The position numbers and the translations under genes are program-made. From an uncultured Planctomycetaceae bacterium (GTDB lineage Bacteria > Planctomycetota > Planctomycetia > Pirellulales > Thermoguttaceae): a stretch of 64,000 bases of DNA. Under the pieces are notes generated by a model, which saw only the letters and a program-made list of their open reading frames with translations, was not told the origin of the DNA and searched no databases. Positions 23,573 through 35,721 of the stretch are shown here, piece after piece (position 1 is the first letter of the stretch; every line of letters starts with the position of its first letter). Where the stretch lies: positions 332,999 to 396,998 of the forward strand of contig CAWBLA010000009.1 in the NCBI GenBank assembly GCA_963789525.1, read 5' to 3'.

Positions 23573-26500
23573 GATGCAGCGACCAAAACTGTGCATTCTG
23601 GCGGTCACAACAGCTCATTTTTCTCTTCGTTTCCCTTCCATCAGCCCGCGGCGCGATTCAATACTCGGGCGACATCGAAGCCGGCTCACCCCACGTTCCC
23701 AGTGACCCGAACACTTGGATAAGTTCCACGACCGGTTACATCGGGTACGACGCTGATGCTACTGTGACTGTTGACGGTGGTAGTGATCTCCTTTCACGCT
23801 TTGGCTACATTGGCTACGACAGTGGTGCCGTAGGCGATGTGACCGTGAGCGGCAACGGCTCAACCTGGACCAACAGTTTGGAGTTAGATGTTGGACGCGA
23901 TGGCAACGGGACGCTGAGCATTACCGGCGGCGGAGCCGTTAGCAGCGGCGTTGTTAGCTACCTTGGCTACAACAGCGGCTCAAGCGGCGTGGTCACTGTG
24001 AACGGGGGCAGTTCGACGTTGACCGGTAATACTGTCTACGTCGGCTTCCACGGCAATGGGACGCTGAACATTGGCGGCGGCAGCGTCATCTCTGCCGCTG
24101 GCCCACTCTATGTCTCCCCTTTCGCGGGTTCCTCGAGTGCGATCAACTTTGAAACTGGAGGTGGAACGCTAACCAGTGGGACACTCTATGCATCACCTGT
24201 TCACGTAACAGGTACGGGCACGATCAACACCCGAGGATTGATTAGCGACGTCGTCCTGATGTTCGATCAGAACCATGGCCTGAGTCAAATGCTCCAGTGG
24301 AACGGAACCGTCTCCGTCACTCTTGACATGAGCAACCCAAGCAATGTGGGCGATCTTGGAGCGGGCTGGAACGGCAGCGGATTCCTCACGATCCGAGACG
24401 GAGTTGCTATTCAATCCCACAGCGGCTATATCGGTGGCAAGTCCAGCTCAACGGGTACGGCAACAGTCCATGGCATCGGGACGACCTGGACAAATAACGG
24501 CGACCTCGCTGTTGGCTGCGCTGGCAGCGGGTCGTTGAGTGTCACCGGCGGCGCCGCCGTCAGCAATGCTTGGGGTTACATCGGCTGGGAAAGTGGCTCA
24601 ACAGGCGCGGTAACGGTTGACGGCAACGACTCGACATGGACCAACAACTTGTACCTGTACGTTGGACGCGACGGCAGTGGATCACTCAACGTCAGCGGCG
24701 GCGGCACCGTCAGCAGCCATATCGGTTACCTTGGCTGCAACAGCGGCGCCATCGGCGCGGCGACGGTCGACGGTGAGACCTCAACATGGACCACCAACGA
24801 TTTTGCCCTCTACGTCGGAGCCTCTGGAAACGGGACGTTGTGTGTCACCGGCGGCGGCACGGTCAGCAGTGGTAACGTTTACATCGGCGCCGACACTACC
24901 TCACAGGGTACGGCAAGGGTAGAAGGCGCGTCGACGTGGACCAACAGCGGCGACCTCTACATCGGAGCTTCTGGCAATGGGAGGCTGGAGATCACCGGCG
25001 GCGCCACTGTCGACAATGGCCTCGGTTATATCGGCTGTAATAGTGATTCGACGGGCGTAGTTATAGTCCATGGAGCGGGTTCGACATGGACCAATCGCAA
25101 TTCTCTTTACGTCGGCTCGGGGGGGAATGGCGTGCTGAACATCACCGGCGGCAGCGCGGTTACCAACAGACTTTGCTTCATCGGGGAGGACAGCGGTGCG
25201 AGCGGCGCGGTGACAGTTGACGGCGCCGGGTCGACATGGACCAACGACGGTCCCCTTGATGTTGGTCTATCCGGTACCGGAACACTGAAGATCACGGGTG
25301 GCGGTGCGGTCAGCAGCAGCGGTGTCAATATCGGCTATTTCAGCGACATGGTGAGCGTAGTAGCGGTGGATGGCAGTGGGTCGACATGGACCAATACAAA
25401 TTACCTCCGTGTCGGCAACGTTGGCCCCGGCGCCCTTAGCGTCGTCGGCGGGGGGGTGGTTGTAACGACGAACATTTCAATCTCGAACGAATCCGTGTTG
25501 GCCATCGACGTTGGCAACGGCAGTAGCGTGATCGTCAATGGCGGCGGCGGGACGGTCACCAACAATGGAATTGTCCAGATCGTCGCTGGCTCGGGCGCAC
25601 CGTCTGGCAATTGGTATCAACCCATCTCGGCTGCCAGTTGCACCGGGACGTTCCAAGCCATTGGCGGCACGTGGAACGCATCGACGCGAACGTTTACGGT
25701 CTCCGATGTTGGGCAAGGCACTGCGGGCACGCCGGTTTCCATTGACCTGCTCGGCACACAGCGCGTGCAGATCGACGATAGCGCCACCGGTTGGTCACTC
25801 GGAGCGAGCTTTCTTGCATCGCAGGTGTCAAAACCGCTAAGCTTCACCGGCACGACGATCGACAGCAGCACGCTTGCTTCCCTGCTGAGCAGTCTCGAGC
25901 CCAACGACTCCATCGCGGGTGCGTGGCAATGCACCGCCACCGGCGGCTACACAACCGGCGACCCAGCCTACCTGTCCTTTAACGGGGCCGGCAATTACAC
26001 CCCGAACGATCTGACCGTCTGGCGCTATGACGGTGGCTGGAGCCGTTATGACGCGATGGATTTGACCGTCAACGGCCCGTGGGCAAGCTTCACGGTCACC
26101 AGCTTCAGCGGTTATGCCGTAACGGCCGGGCCGGCGCATGTGAGCTGGAGCGGGGCGGCAACGCCAACCTGGAGCCCAACGGCCGGCTCGGGCAACTGGA
26201 AAAAAACGGCCAACGGCGTGTCGGCCGACTACTGCGACGGCTTCCACGTGACGTTTGAAGACTCGGCCGCCAGTACCAGCGCTGACATTAGCAATGTGGA
26301 CGTTGCGCCGCTGAGCTTGACGTTCAACAATTCGACCAAGAACGTCACGATTACCGGCACCAAGGGGATCGTCGGCTCGACGACTGTGACCAAGCGAGGC
26401 ACAGGCACAGTGACGATGGCCAGCGTCAACCGTTACACCGGCTTGACGATTGTCGAAGCCGGCAAATTGGTGTTGCAGGGCGTCTCGAAGGCCATCGACC

Positions 26501-27012
26501 CGGTGCTCAACAAAGGCGGTGCCAACATCATGGCCGGCAATCTCGTGCTGGATTACGGCACCGATGCTGACCCGGCAAGCACCGTCGATACGTTGATGAA
26601 GGCGAGCTACGCCAGTGGAAACTGGAATACCGGCAAGTTCCAGAGCTCCACGCACACCACGGCGGACGGCTTGGGCTGGATCGACAACGCCACCAGCAAA
26701 CAGATCACCGTGGCCTATACGCTCTACGGCGATGCGAACGTCGACGGGAGCGTGAACCTGTCGGACCTCGGTTTCTTGGGTGACAATTATGGCACGAGCA
26801 GCGGCATGACGTGGGCGGACGGCGACTTCAACTATGACGGAAAAGTGAACCTCGCCGACCTGGGCTTCCTCGGTGACCAGTACGGCCGTCATGCCACAGG
26901 TCTTCTGCCCACCGGTCCGTTGGGCACGGCGCCCGAGCCATCGAGCCTTCTTATGCTGGCCCTCGTACCCATCTCGATCGGAGCCTGGGGCCTTCGCCGG
27001 CCTCGACGTTAG
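23573..27012 (+). CDS. Giant tandem-repeat PEP-CTERM surface protein with dockerin-like pair
   Basis: Signal peptide MQRPKLCILAVTTAHF-LFVSLPSARG (one T-run frameshift near 23620). About 20 tandem ~43-aa repeats (YIGY.SG..G.VTV.G.GSTWTN...L.VG..GNGTL.ITGGG.VSS). C-terminal module shared with gene 3660..5351, ending PEPSSLLMLALVPISIGAWGLRRPRR. Confidence 0.75.
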
Positions 27013-27233
27013 GCCGGTGTCCTCGCTCTGGACACAGCAACAGGCGGGTACCCTGGGACGACCGCAAAAATTGCGGGATCAACCCTGAGAGGGCCGAATA
27101 GCTCCCACGACAATGCCAGAATTAGCCAGCCCGATTTGCAACAATGGCTGCCACGGCGGAGGACGCCCACGGGCTGCCCGGGCCGCGGGGCTTGGCCCTT
27201 CCCGGCTCCGGCGGCGGCTGATAGCATGTCGGA

Positions 27234-29852
27234 ATGGCCGTAACGCCGATGATGAAGCAGTATGAGGCAGCCAAGCGGGCGTGTCCCGAGGCGCTGCTGC
27301 TTTTTCGCATGGGCGACTTCTACGAGATGTTCTTCGACGACGCGAAGACGGCCGCGCGGACGCTCAATCTGGCCCTGACCAGCCGCGACAAAGGCGAAAA
27401 CGCCGTCCCGATGGCCGGGTTTCCGCACCATCAGTTGGACAGCTACCTGGCCAAGCTGATCGCCGCCGGGCTGCGGGCGGCCGTCTGCGAGCAGGTCGAA
27501 GACCCGAAGCTGGCCAAGGGACTGGTGCGGCGCGAGGTGACGCGGATTGTCACGCCCGGCACCGTCACCGACGACGCGATGCTGGATCCGCGGCAGAGCA
27601 ACTACCTGGCGGCTGTGGCGCCGGGCGACCCGGTGGGCCTGGCGTGGGTCGAACTCTCGACCGGCCGCTTCATGGCGGCGGGCGTTGCCGCCAACCGGCT
27701 GGCCGATCAGTTGGCCCGCATCGGCCCCGCCGAATGCCTCGTCGCCGACGAGGCCGCGCCGCTGCCGGCGCACTTGAGTGATCGGATGATGGTCACGCGC
27801 CGCCCGGCCTGGGCCTTCTCCGAGAAGACCGCCCGGCAGGTGCTGACCAAGCACTTCGGCACGGCCGGGCTCGACGGGTTCGGCTTCGACGATGGCAAGG
27901 ATTCGGCCGACGCCCAGGCCGTGCGGGCCAGCGGCGCCGTTCTCGATTATCTCAACGAAACGCAGAAAAGTTCACTCGCCCACATCGACCGTCTGTCGCC
28001 ATATCGCACCTCGGGCACCCTGGAAATCGACGAGGCCAGCCGGCGGAGCCTCGAGATCGCCCGGACGATTCGCGACGGCCGCCGCGAGGGTTCGCTGTTG
28101 TGGGTGCTGGATCGAACTGTGACGGCCATGGGTTCGCGGCTCTTGGCCGATTGGGTCGCGAATCCGTTGACTGAGGCGGCGTCGATCCGCCACCGGCTCG
28201 ACGCGGTCGAGGAACTGGTCGGCGCCGAATCGCTCTGCGACGAGCTACACGAGACGTTCCGGCGAATCTACGACGTCGAACGGTTGTTGACCCGGGTGAC
28301 GACCGGCCGGGCCAGTCCGCGCGATCTCGCTTTTTTGGGCCGCACGCTCGGCGCGCTGCCGGCGGTAAAGGCGAAGCTCACGGCGCGAAAAAGCAGCCTG
28401 CTCAACGATTTGGAGGCTTCGATCGACCTGTGCCCTGAGTTGCGAGCGACGCTCGAAGCCGCGCTGGCCGATGCGTGCCCGCTCACCAGCCGCGACGGCG
28501 GATTCATTCGCGATGGTTTTAGCACCGAGTTGGACGCGCTCCGCGAACTGGCTCACGGCGGCAAGCAGTGGATTGCCGAGTACCAGGCCCAAGAGACCCA
28601 GCGGACGGGCATCCCGAATCTCAAGGTCGGATTCAACAAGGTGTTCGGCTACTACATCGAGATCACCAACGCGCACCGCGGGAAGATACCGCCCGAGTAT
28701 ATCCGCAAGCAGACGATCAAGAACGCCGAGCGCTACATCACGCCGGAGTTGAAGGAGTATGAAGAAAAGGTCTTGACGGCGGATGAGAAGGCCAAGGAGT
28801 TGGAATATAACCTGTTCGTCGAATTGCGGGACACCGTCGAGACCGACCGGCGGCGGATGCAGGCCACGGCGGCGGCTCTGGCCGAGGTTGACGTGCTGGT
28901 CGCGTTGGCCGAGTTGGCGCGGCAGCGCAACTATTGCCGGCCCGAGATCAGCGAAGAGCCGGTGCTGCGGATCGTCGACGGCCGGCATCCCGTGCTCGAT
29001 ATCGTCGAGCCGGAGGGCAAGTTCGTGCCCAACGACACGCTCGCCGGCGCCGAGGCCGGCTCGATCCTGCTGATTACCGGGCCGAACATGGCGGGCAAGA
29101 GCACGTACATCCGCCAGGTGGCTCTCGTGACGCTGATGGCGCAGATCGGCACCTTCGTACCTGCCCGCGAGGCCACGATCGGCGTTGCCGACCGCATTTT
29201 CGCCCGCGTCGGCGCAAGCGACGAATTGACCCGGGGCCAGAGCACGTTCATGGTCGAGATGACCGAGACGGCGCGGATCCTGAACATGGCCACGCCGCGG
29301 AGCCTGGTGATCCTTGACGAGATCGGACGTGGTACGAGCACGTACGACGGCATTTCGCTGGCGTGGTCGGTGGTCGAGTATCTGCACGAGCACGTCGGCT
29401 GCCGCACGCTGTTCGCCACGCACTATCACGAGCTGACCGACCTGGAAAAGTCGCTTCCCGGCGTCAAGAATCTCAATGTGGCCGTACGCGAGTGGCAGGA
29501 CGAGGTGATCTTCTTGCACAAGATCGTCGACGGCGCGGCCGACAAGAGTTACGGCATTCACGTTGCACGACTGGCGGGCGTGCCGCGCGAAGTGATCGAG
29601 CGATCGAAGGAGATTCTGGCGCAGTTGGAAGAGGAGCATCTCGATGCCGAGGGCCGGGCGAAGATCGCCCGGCGGCCGGTCGAGGTTAAGAAAGGGCACC
29701 TGCAACTGACGCTGTTCGCCCCGGCCGACCATCCGCTGTTGGACGAAATTCGCCGGATCGAACTGAACACGCTGACGCCGCTCGGGGCTCTGCAATTGCT
29801 CCAACAATGGCAGGACCTTCTGGCCGGCGAGGAGAGAAAGCGGAAGCCATGA
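27234..29852 (+). CDS. mutS: DNA mismatch repair protein MutS
   Basis: Intact 872-aa ORF. N-terminus TPMMKQYEAAKRACPEALLLFRMGDFYEMFFDDA, Walker A GPNMAGKSTYIRQ, STFMVEMTE, DEIGRGTSTYDG, C-terminal HYHELT. Confidence 0.9.
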   Translation: MAVTPMMKQYEAAKRACPEALLLFRMGDFYEMFFDDAKTAARTLNLALTSRDKGENAVPMAGFPHHQLDSYLAKLIAAGLRAAVCEQVEDPKLAKGLVRREVTRIVTPGTVTDDAMLDPRQSNYLAAVAPGDPVGLAWVELSTGRFMAAGVAANRLADQLARIGPAECLVADEAAPLPAHLSDRMMVTRRPAWAFSEKTARQVLTKHFGTAGLDGFGFDDGKDSADAQAVRASGAVLDYLNETQKSSLAHIDRLSPYRTSGTLEIDEASRRSLEIARTIRDGRREGSLLWVLDRTVTAMGSRLLADWVANPLTEAASIRHRLDAVEELVGAESLCDELHETFRRIYDVERLLTRVTTGRASPRDLAFLGRTLGALPAVKAKLTARKSSLLNDLEASIDLCPELRATLEAALADACPLTSRDGGFIRDGFSTELDALRELAHGGKQWIAEYQAQETQRTGIPNLKVGFNKVFGYYIEITNAHRGKIPPEYIRKQTIKNAERYITPELKEYEEKVLTADEKAKELEYNLFVELRDTVETDRRRMQATAAALAEVDVLVALAELARQRNYCRPEISEEPVLRIVDGRHPVLDIVEPEGKFVPNDTLAGAEAGSILLITGPNMAGKSTYIRQVALVTLMAQIGTFVPAREATIGVADRIFARVGASDELTRGQSTFMVEMTETARILNMATPRSLVILDEIGRGTSTYDGISLAWSVVEYLHEHVGCRTLFATHYHELTDLEKSLPGVKNLNVAVREWQDEVIFLHKIVDGAADKSYGIHVARLAGVPREVIERSKEILAQLEEEHLDAEGRAKIARRPVEVKKGHLQLTLFAPADHPLLDEIRRIELNTLTPLGALQLLQQWQDLLAGEERKRKP

Positions 29853-31100
29853 ATTTCATTCTTGCCACGCCCATGGAAGTCCGCCTCGCCGCGGTGTTCG
29901 TGCTGGGAGTGTTTCTGGGCAGTGCGATCAACCTGGCGGTGTACCGGTTGGCATGGTTTCCCCGGCCGATCAGCCCCTGGTCGCGGCCCGATCCGGCGGC
30001 GCCGTCGCGGCAATTCCTCGACCGCCTGCCGGTCGTCGGCTGGCTGGGGCTGCGGCGCGAGGCGGGCTTGCACGGCCGCGGCTTCTGGATCCGGCCTATG
30101 CTATTGGAGCTTCTGACCGGCCTCGGACTGGCCGCGGCTCTACTGGTGGGAAATCGGCCAAGGCGGCCTTCTACCGCCGGGAATGCCGCACCCTTTGCCG
30201 CCGATCTTGCTCGTGTTCCTGCACTTCGAGTTTGTCGCCCACACGATACTCATCGCACTGATGTTGGCCGCGTCGATGATTGACATTGACGAGAAGATCA
30301 TACCGGATGCAATCACCATTCCGGGCACACTCCTGGGACTGTTTGCGGCCGCCGGATGGCCGGGATCGCTGTTGCCCGATCCAACGCAATGGGCCGACCA
30401 TCGGATGTTCCTGACGCTAACCTCGCCCAACGTCTGGCCGGCGGCGCTGGACGGCTTCCCGCAGGCCGGCTCGGTAGTCCTCGGATTGGCCTGCTGGTGG
30501 TTATGGTGCGTGGCTGTTCTGCCGCGGACCTGGTACGCGCGGCATGGCTGGCGCCGGGCGTTCGGACTCTGCCTTGCACGCGTCCGTCGCGAACCGGTAA
30601 GCGGCCGCATCGTTCGCATGGGTCTGATCGTGTCCGCCGTCGTGGCCATTATCTGGTACCGGGGCGGGCCATCGTGGCAGGCACTTCTGAGCGCGTTGGT
30701 CGGCGTGGCGGCCGGCGGCGGGCTGGTCTGGCTGTTTCGCACCATCGCCTCGGCCGTCTTACGCCGCGAGGCCATGGGCTTCGGCAACGTCACTCTGATG
30801 GCGATGATCGGGGCCTTCTCAGGCTGGCAGCCGTGCCTGGTGATCTTCTTCTTGGCGCCCTTCGCCGGCCTGGTGGTCGGACTGTTGCGGCTGGTGCTGT
30901 TTCGCGACCGCGAGATTCCGTACGGCCCCTTCCTCTGCCTTGCGACGGTTTTTCTGATCGTCTGTTGGCCGGCCGTATGGGAATATACGCTGCCGCTATT
31001 TGGCCTGGGCTGGTTCGTGCCCGTGGTAATGCTCGCGTGCCTGGGCCTGATGGCCCTAATGCTCGCCGCGTGGCGGTTGATTCTCGCCGCATTCCGCTGA
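29850..31100 (+). CDS. pilD: Prepilin peptidase (type IV leader peptidase, A24 family)
   Basis: N-terminal membrane domain MNFILATPMEVRLAAVFVLGVFLGSAINLAVYRL, catalytic motifs MIDIDEKIIPD and GFGNVTLMAMIGAFSGW. One frameshift near 30170. ATG overlaps the mutS stop (ATGA). Confidence 0.75.
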
Positions 31101-31133
31101 CCGGCCGGAAATGCTCAGTTCCGTTCGGGCACA

Positions 31134-32746
31134 CTATGCTCGCGCGGGCGGCTCCGGTACCGCGTCGCCGTTGCCGGTTGGCGTTTTCACAGCCTGGCCC
31201 AGGTTGGCCAGCGTCTCGGGAATCTCGACGCCGCCGATGTCGCGCATGACTTGCATCATCGGCGGCAACGTGCGGGCCATGTTGTGGAGCCAGTTGGCCG
31301 TGGCGCTGCTGCCGTTCTGGCCGTTGCCCTCCCAGACCACCACCTTATCGAACTTGATATTCGAGATGGCCTTGGCCGAGGCCTCGACGAGGTTGTCGAA
31401 GTGTTCGAGCATGAGCATCTTGAAGGCTTCTTCGGAGCCGCCGCAGGCCTCGATGATCCGCTGCAAGCCTTCGCCCTTCTTGGCGAGGATTTCGTACTGG
31501 CCGCGGGCCTCGGCTTCGAGCCGGGCGAAGATGGCAGCGGCCTCGCCCTCGGCCTCGATGCGGCGCTTCGCAGCTTCGGCGGCGGCGTCAACTTCGATGC
31601 GGGCGCGCTGGGCCTTGGCGGGGGCCTCCAACTCCGCACGGCGCTCGGCCTCGATCCGCTGGGCTTCGGCCAACGCGGCCTTGGCCCGGGCAAGGTGCTC
31701 GGCCTCGAGCACGGCGCCTCGGCGCGGACCTTGCGCGTCTCGCCGATCTCGTAAGCCTCGGCCTTCTTGACTTGCAGCCCGGCCTGCGAGGCCGCAATGT
31801 CGGCCTTCGAGAGGTTTTCGCCTTCGACGGCCTGGGCATCGGCCTGGGCTAGCTTGATACGCATTTCTCGCTCGGCGGCCTTCACCTCGGCATCGCGCTG
31901 GAAGCCGGCTGTCTGCTCACCGATCTTCTGCTCCTTCTCCAACTCGGCGATCCGCACGGCCTGCTCGCGCATAGCTTGCCGAGTGCCGATCTCGCGGACT
32001 TTATGGGCGTTGGCGACGCTGACGGTTTTTTCGCGTTCAGCGTCGGCGACGCGAATTTCGCCCATCTTTTCGTTGTCGGCCACGTCGCCGCGGGCCTTCT
32101 GAATCGCCTGCGAGGCCGCCTTTTGGCCGATCGCCTCGATATAGCCCGACTCGTCGGTGATGTCGGTGATGTTGACGTTAATGAGCACCAGGCCGATCTT
32201 GCGCAGCTCGGGCTCGAGCGAGTTTTGCACCGCTTCGAGAAACTTGTCGCGGTCGCGGTTGATGTCCTCGATCTGCATCGAGGCGATCACCTGGCGGAGC
32301 TGGCCGAAGATCATGTCTTCCGCCTGCTTCTGGATTTCTCTCGGGTTGAGATCCAACAGGCGGATGGCCGCGTTCTGCATCTGCTCGGGCGTCGTGCCGA
32401 TGGCCACGGTGAACACGCTGGGCACGTTGACGCGGATGTTCTCCATCGACAGCGCCCCGCGGAGCGGAATCTCGATCTGCATCGGCTCCAGGCTGAGCCA
32501 GGCGTGATCCTGGATGAGCGGATAGACGAACTTCGCGCCGCCGTGGATGCACGTGGCCGCCTCGTGACCTGTACCCGACTTGCCGTAAATCACCAGGATG
32601 CGGTTGCTCGGACAGCGTTTGTACTGCTTCAACAGCAGCATGACGAAGGAGAACGCCACAATGACGGCCAGCACCACAATGGCGGCAAGCCATGTCTCGG
32701 CGCGGCCCAAGGGCGTGCTCTGGGCAAGTAGGAGCGATGCGATCAT
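31134..32746 (-). CDS. Flotillin-family (SPFH/band 7) protein
   Basis: N-terminal TM MIASLLLAQSTPLGRAETWLAAIVVLAVIVAFSFV, SPFH core (...NITDITDESGYIEAIGQKAASQAIQKARGD...), Ala/Glu-rich coiled-coil tail. One frameshift near 31700. Confidence 0.75.
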
Positions 32747-32857
32747 GGCGATGTTCTCCGGGTTCGGTGTCGTATGCGGCAGGCACGATCTGCGCACCGT
32801 AACCGGCGATGTGCGCGGCGACGGCACGCGGAGCGTGCCTGCTACGGGGCGTGCCTG

Positions 32858-33523
32858 CTACTGGCGGCAAACCTCCAGGGTTGTTGGGTCCACCACGCTT
32901 ACTACCACAACTTTAGTTCCTGTGGGGAGTTCGGGGCCGTTGGTGACGGCCAAATATTCCATGGTGCGATTTTGCAGGTTGAGCTGGATTTTCCCGCTGC
33001 CGGAGTTGTTAGCCGGCACGCGGAGATAGACCGAGCCGCAGCAGCCCAAGGCGCGGCCGATCCGCACGTTGCCCTCCGATCGCAATTCGCGGAGTCCGCG
33101 CATCATCCAGTAGACGGCGACCATCGCAGCGGCGCCGGCGGCAACGGCGATCAGCAGCGTCGTCGAGCGCGGCGTCTCGGCGGCGTCGGCGGCCAGGCCC
33201 GCCAGGCCGAAAAAGGCCAGCGCCGCCACAATCGTTCGGAACGAGAGGACGCCGAAGAGCCAATCCGTCCCGTGATGGGCGCCGCCGGCGTCGTGTTCGA
33301 TCGAGGCATCGCCGCCGTGATCGCCGTGAAAGGCGCCGGCGTCCAGGTCGCCGCCATCCGCATCGAAATCGCCACCATCAGCGTCGCCGCCGAAGCCGTG
33401 CCCGATGTCGTGCGGTGCGTCGGCGTCCAGCGCATGTCCGCCGAGACCCACCAGCGCCATGCCGAATTGCAGCAGCAGGACCGTTCCACCCAGCGCGGCG
33501 CAGACAACAAAAATGAACGTCAT
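32858..33523 (-). CDS. NfeD-family membrane protein (flotillin partner)
   Basis: Two N-terminal TM segments, a His/Asp/Gly-rich linker, and a C-terminal beta domain (...GSGKIQLNLQNRTMEYLAVTNGPELPTGTKVVVVSVVDPTTLEV). Lies immediately upstream of the flotillin gene on the same strand. Confidence 0.55.
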   Translation of the reverse strand: MTFIFVVCAALGGTVLLLQFGMALVGLGGHALDADAPHDIGHGFGGDADGGDFDADGGDLDAGAFHGDHGGDASIEHDAGGAHHGTDWLFGVLSFRTIVAALAFFGLAGLAADAAETPRSTTLLIAVAAGAAAMVAVYWMMRGLRELRSEGNVRIGRALGCCGSVYLRVPANNSGSGKIQLNLQNRTMEYLAVTNGPELPTGTKVVVVSVVDPTTLEVCRQ

Positions 33524-33542
33524 AGCGTCTTTCCCCCGAGAG

Positions 33543-34142
33543 TCAGGGAGCCAATGAGACCGCTATGATGCGCGAAATTGCCGAAAGCGTCAATCCACCT
33601 CCCCCCATCGGGAGGTTTACGTTATCCGGCCAAGCGCGTGGTGCGGATGGTAGGCTCGGCGCCATCCGCCGGTCCGACCGGTAGCGATACTGCATCAGAT
33701 AGGCGTCTTCCGGCGTATCGGCGTAGTAGCTTCGGAGCACCGAGACGGCGCGGAAGCCGTTTTCGCGGAAGAACAGTTGGGCGGCCAGGTTCGTCTCGCG
33801 AACCTCCAGCACCACGCGGCTGCGCCGCTGGGCCGAAAGCTTCGCGGCCAACTTGGCGAGCATCTGACTACCGACGCCGCAGCGGCGGTAGACCTTGGCG
33901 ACGGCGAAGTTCAGCACGTGGATGCGCGTCTTGTGCAGCTCGTAGATCATGAAGCCGACGATGCGGCCATCGTATTCGGCCACCATGCCGATGCAGTTGC
34001 GCTGCCGCAGACAGCGGATGAAATCCTCTTCAAGCCACGGGAATTCGAAGCTTTCGAATTCGGTGGCGAGGACCTCGGGCATGTCGCGACGGATCATCCA
34101 ACGGATGTGAACCCGCACTTCCTGCTTCTGGTCGGATTGCAT
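33543..34142 (-). CDS. rimI: GNAT N-acetyltransferase, RimI-like
   Basis: HIRWMIRRDMPEVLATEFESFEFPW, acetyl-CoA-binding motif VAKVYRRCGVGSQMLAKL, VVLEVRETNLAAQLFFRENGF. Confidence 0.6.
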   Translation of the reverse strand: MQSDQKQEVRVHIRWMIRRDMPEVLATEFESFEFPWLEEDFIRCLRQRNCIGMVAEYDGRIVGFMIYELHKTRIHVLNFAVAKVYRRCGVGSQMLAKLAAKLSAQRRSRVVLEVRETNLAAQLFFRENGFRAVSVLRSYYADTPEDAYLMQYRYRSDRRMAPSLPSAPRAWPDNVNLPMGGGGLTLSAISRIIAVSLAP

Positions 34143-34464
34143 GCCGGCCTCCTTCCTTGTCGGCCGTCGGAGGAGAAAGAGCGCGACCTTCTCTCCGACC
34201 GAATCCAGCCCGGGACGCGTCCGCCGGTCCATCGCGTTTCGGCGAGCAGTCTTCCTTGCTGCCGAGAGCGCCGTTTACCAGCGGGGCCCATACACTATCA
34301 CAATGGTGATGACTCGCCAATACGAAAGTCGCCAGTTTGTCCCGCCGATGATGCGATTGGTTTTGGGAGGCTGCCATTTTCCCACGGCAGAGGTTGTACC
34401 CCTGATGGGTTGGACGCGACAAGTGAACTTGACCCGCCCCGTTCTTGCTCTCACAATTCGCACC

Positions 34465-35637
34465 ATGTATATCGTGACCCGCTACGTTGTTGCGGAGATC
34501 TTGAAGTATTTCCTCGCGGCGCTCATTGCGCTGACGGTGGTCGTTACGCCCGTCATGGGCGTCAAGGAAGGCTTGAACCGAGGCTTTCCGCCTACGGTCA
34601 TCCTCGCGACGATGCCGTACATGCTGCCGGAAATGTTGGAGATTACCGTGCCCGTGGCCCTGCTGCTGTCGGTCTGCACCGTTTTTGGCCGCATGACCGG
34701 ATCGAATGAGGTCGTGGCGTTGAAATCCCTCGGCATCAGCCCCATGTCCGTCATCTGGCCGGCCATCGTCCTGGCCGCATTCCTGAGCCTGGGCACGGTC
34801 TGCCTTTACGAGATCGCCGCGACGTGGGGCAAGCCCAACGTGCTCAGGGTTGGAGCCGACTCGCTCGAAGAGATTGCCTACAGCGTCCTGCAAAAGGAAG
34901 GATCGTTCGATAGCGGTGATTTTTCGATCCAGGTGAAGCGGATCGACAAGCCGGCCACGCCGGGCGATCCACCCACGCTGGTCCAGCCGACCATTGTGAT
35001 TCGCAGTTCGCCGAAGATGACCATTTTCGCCGAGGAGGCCCGATTTCGCACGGACACGGCCAATCGAGTGCTCCACATCGAGTGCTACCGCGGCAAAGTC
35101 GACGCGGAAGGCCGGGCGGGCATGTCCTTCTCCTTTCCCGGCCTGTGGCAACATTCGCTGCCGCTGCCGCCGCTCGATCCGCACCGATATGACCGGTTTT
35201 GGGTTGCCAGCCGCGATGTCGGCGACTTGGTTGCGGAACTCCAATCCACCTTGCGGCAACTCCAAGGATATCGCGACAGCGAGAAGGCCCTGGGCATTCC
35301 GGAATCCGAGGCCGACACAAAGAAGATCATCGGTTGCCTCAGCGATATCCGTCGTCTGAAGGCCGAACCCTATCGCCGCTGGGCGAACGGCTTCACCTGC
35401 CTGTGCTTCGCGCTGATCGGCACGCCGGTGGCGATGCTGTGGCGCCACGCCGACGTGTTGACGAACTTCTTCGTCTGTTTCCTACCGATCCTCGCGATTT
35501 ACTATCCACTGTTAATGCTGAGCAACGCCCTGGCCACGTCGCCGCTGGGCCACATGCCGCCGATTTCGTTCTGGACCGCCAACGTCGTGCTGGCCACGCC
35601 GGCCATTGCGCTGCTGCGCTGGGTCGTGCGGCACTGA
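34465..35637 (+). CDS. LptF/LptG-family (YjgP/YjgQ) permease
   Basis: MYIVTRYVVAEILKYFLAALIALTVV start, six predicted TM segments, a long periplasmic loop between TM3 and TM4. 390 codons, intact. Confidence 0.7.
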   Translation: MYIVTRYVVAEILKYFLAALIALTVVVTPVMGVKEGLNRGFPPTVILATMPYMLPEMLEITVPVALLLSVCTVFGRMTGSNEVVALKSLGISPMSVIWPAIVLAAFLSLGTVCLYEIAATWGKPNVLRVGADSLEEIAYSVLQKEGSFDSGDFSIQVKRIDKPATPGDPPTLVQPTIVIRSSPKMTIFAEEARFRTDTANRVLHIECYRGKVDAEGRAGMSFSFPGLWQHSLPLPPLDPHRYDRFWVASRDVGDLVAELQSTLRQLQGYRDSEKALGIPESEADTKKIIGCLSDIRRLKAEPYRRWANGFTCLCFALIGTPVAMLWRHADVLTNFFVCFLPILAIYYPLLMLSNALATSPLGHMPPISFWTANVVLATPAIALLRWVVRH

Positions 35638-35721
35638 GACGGAGTGGGATGTGGGGATTTCGGGATTGGGTGGTGCTGGACAGGGCGCGAAATGGCGCTT
35701 CACCTTTGAGGCTGCTGGCGA

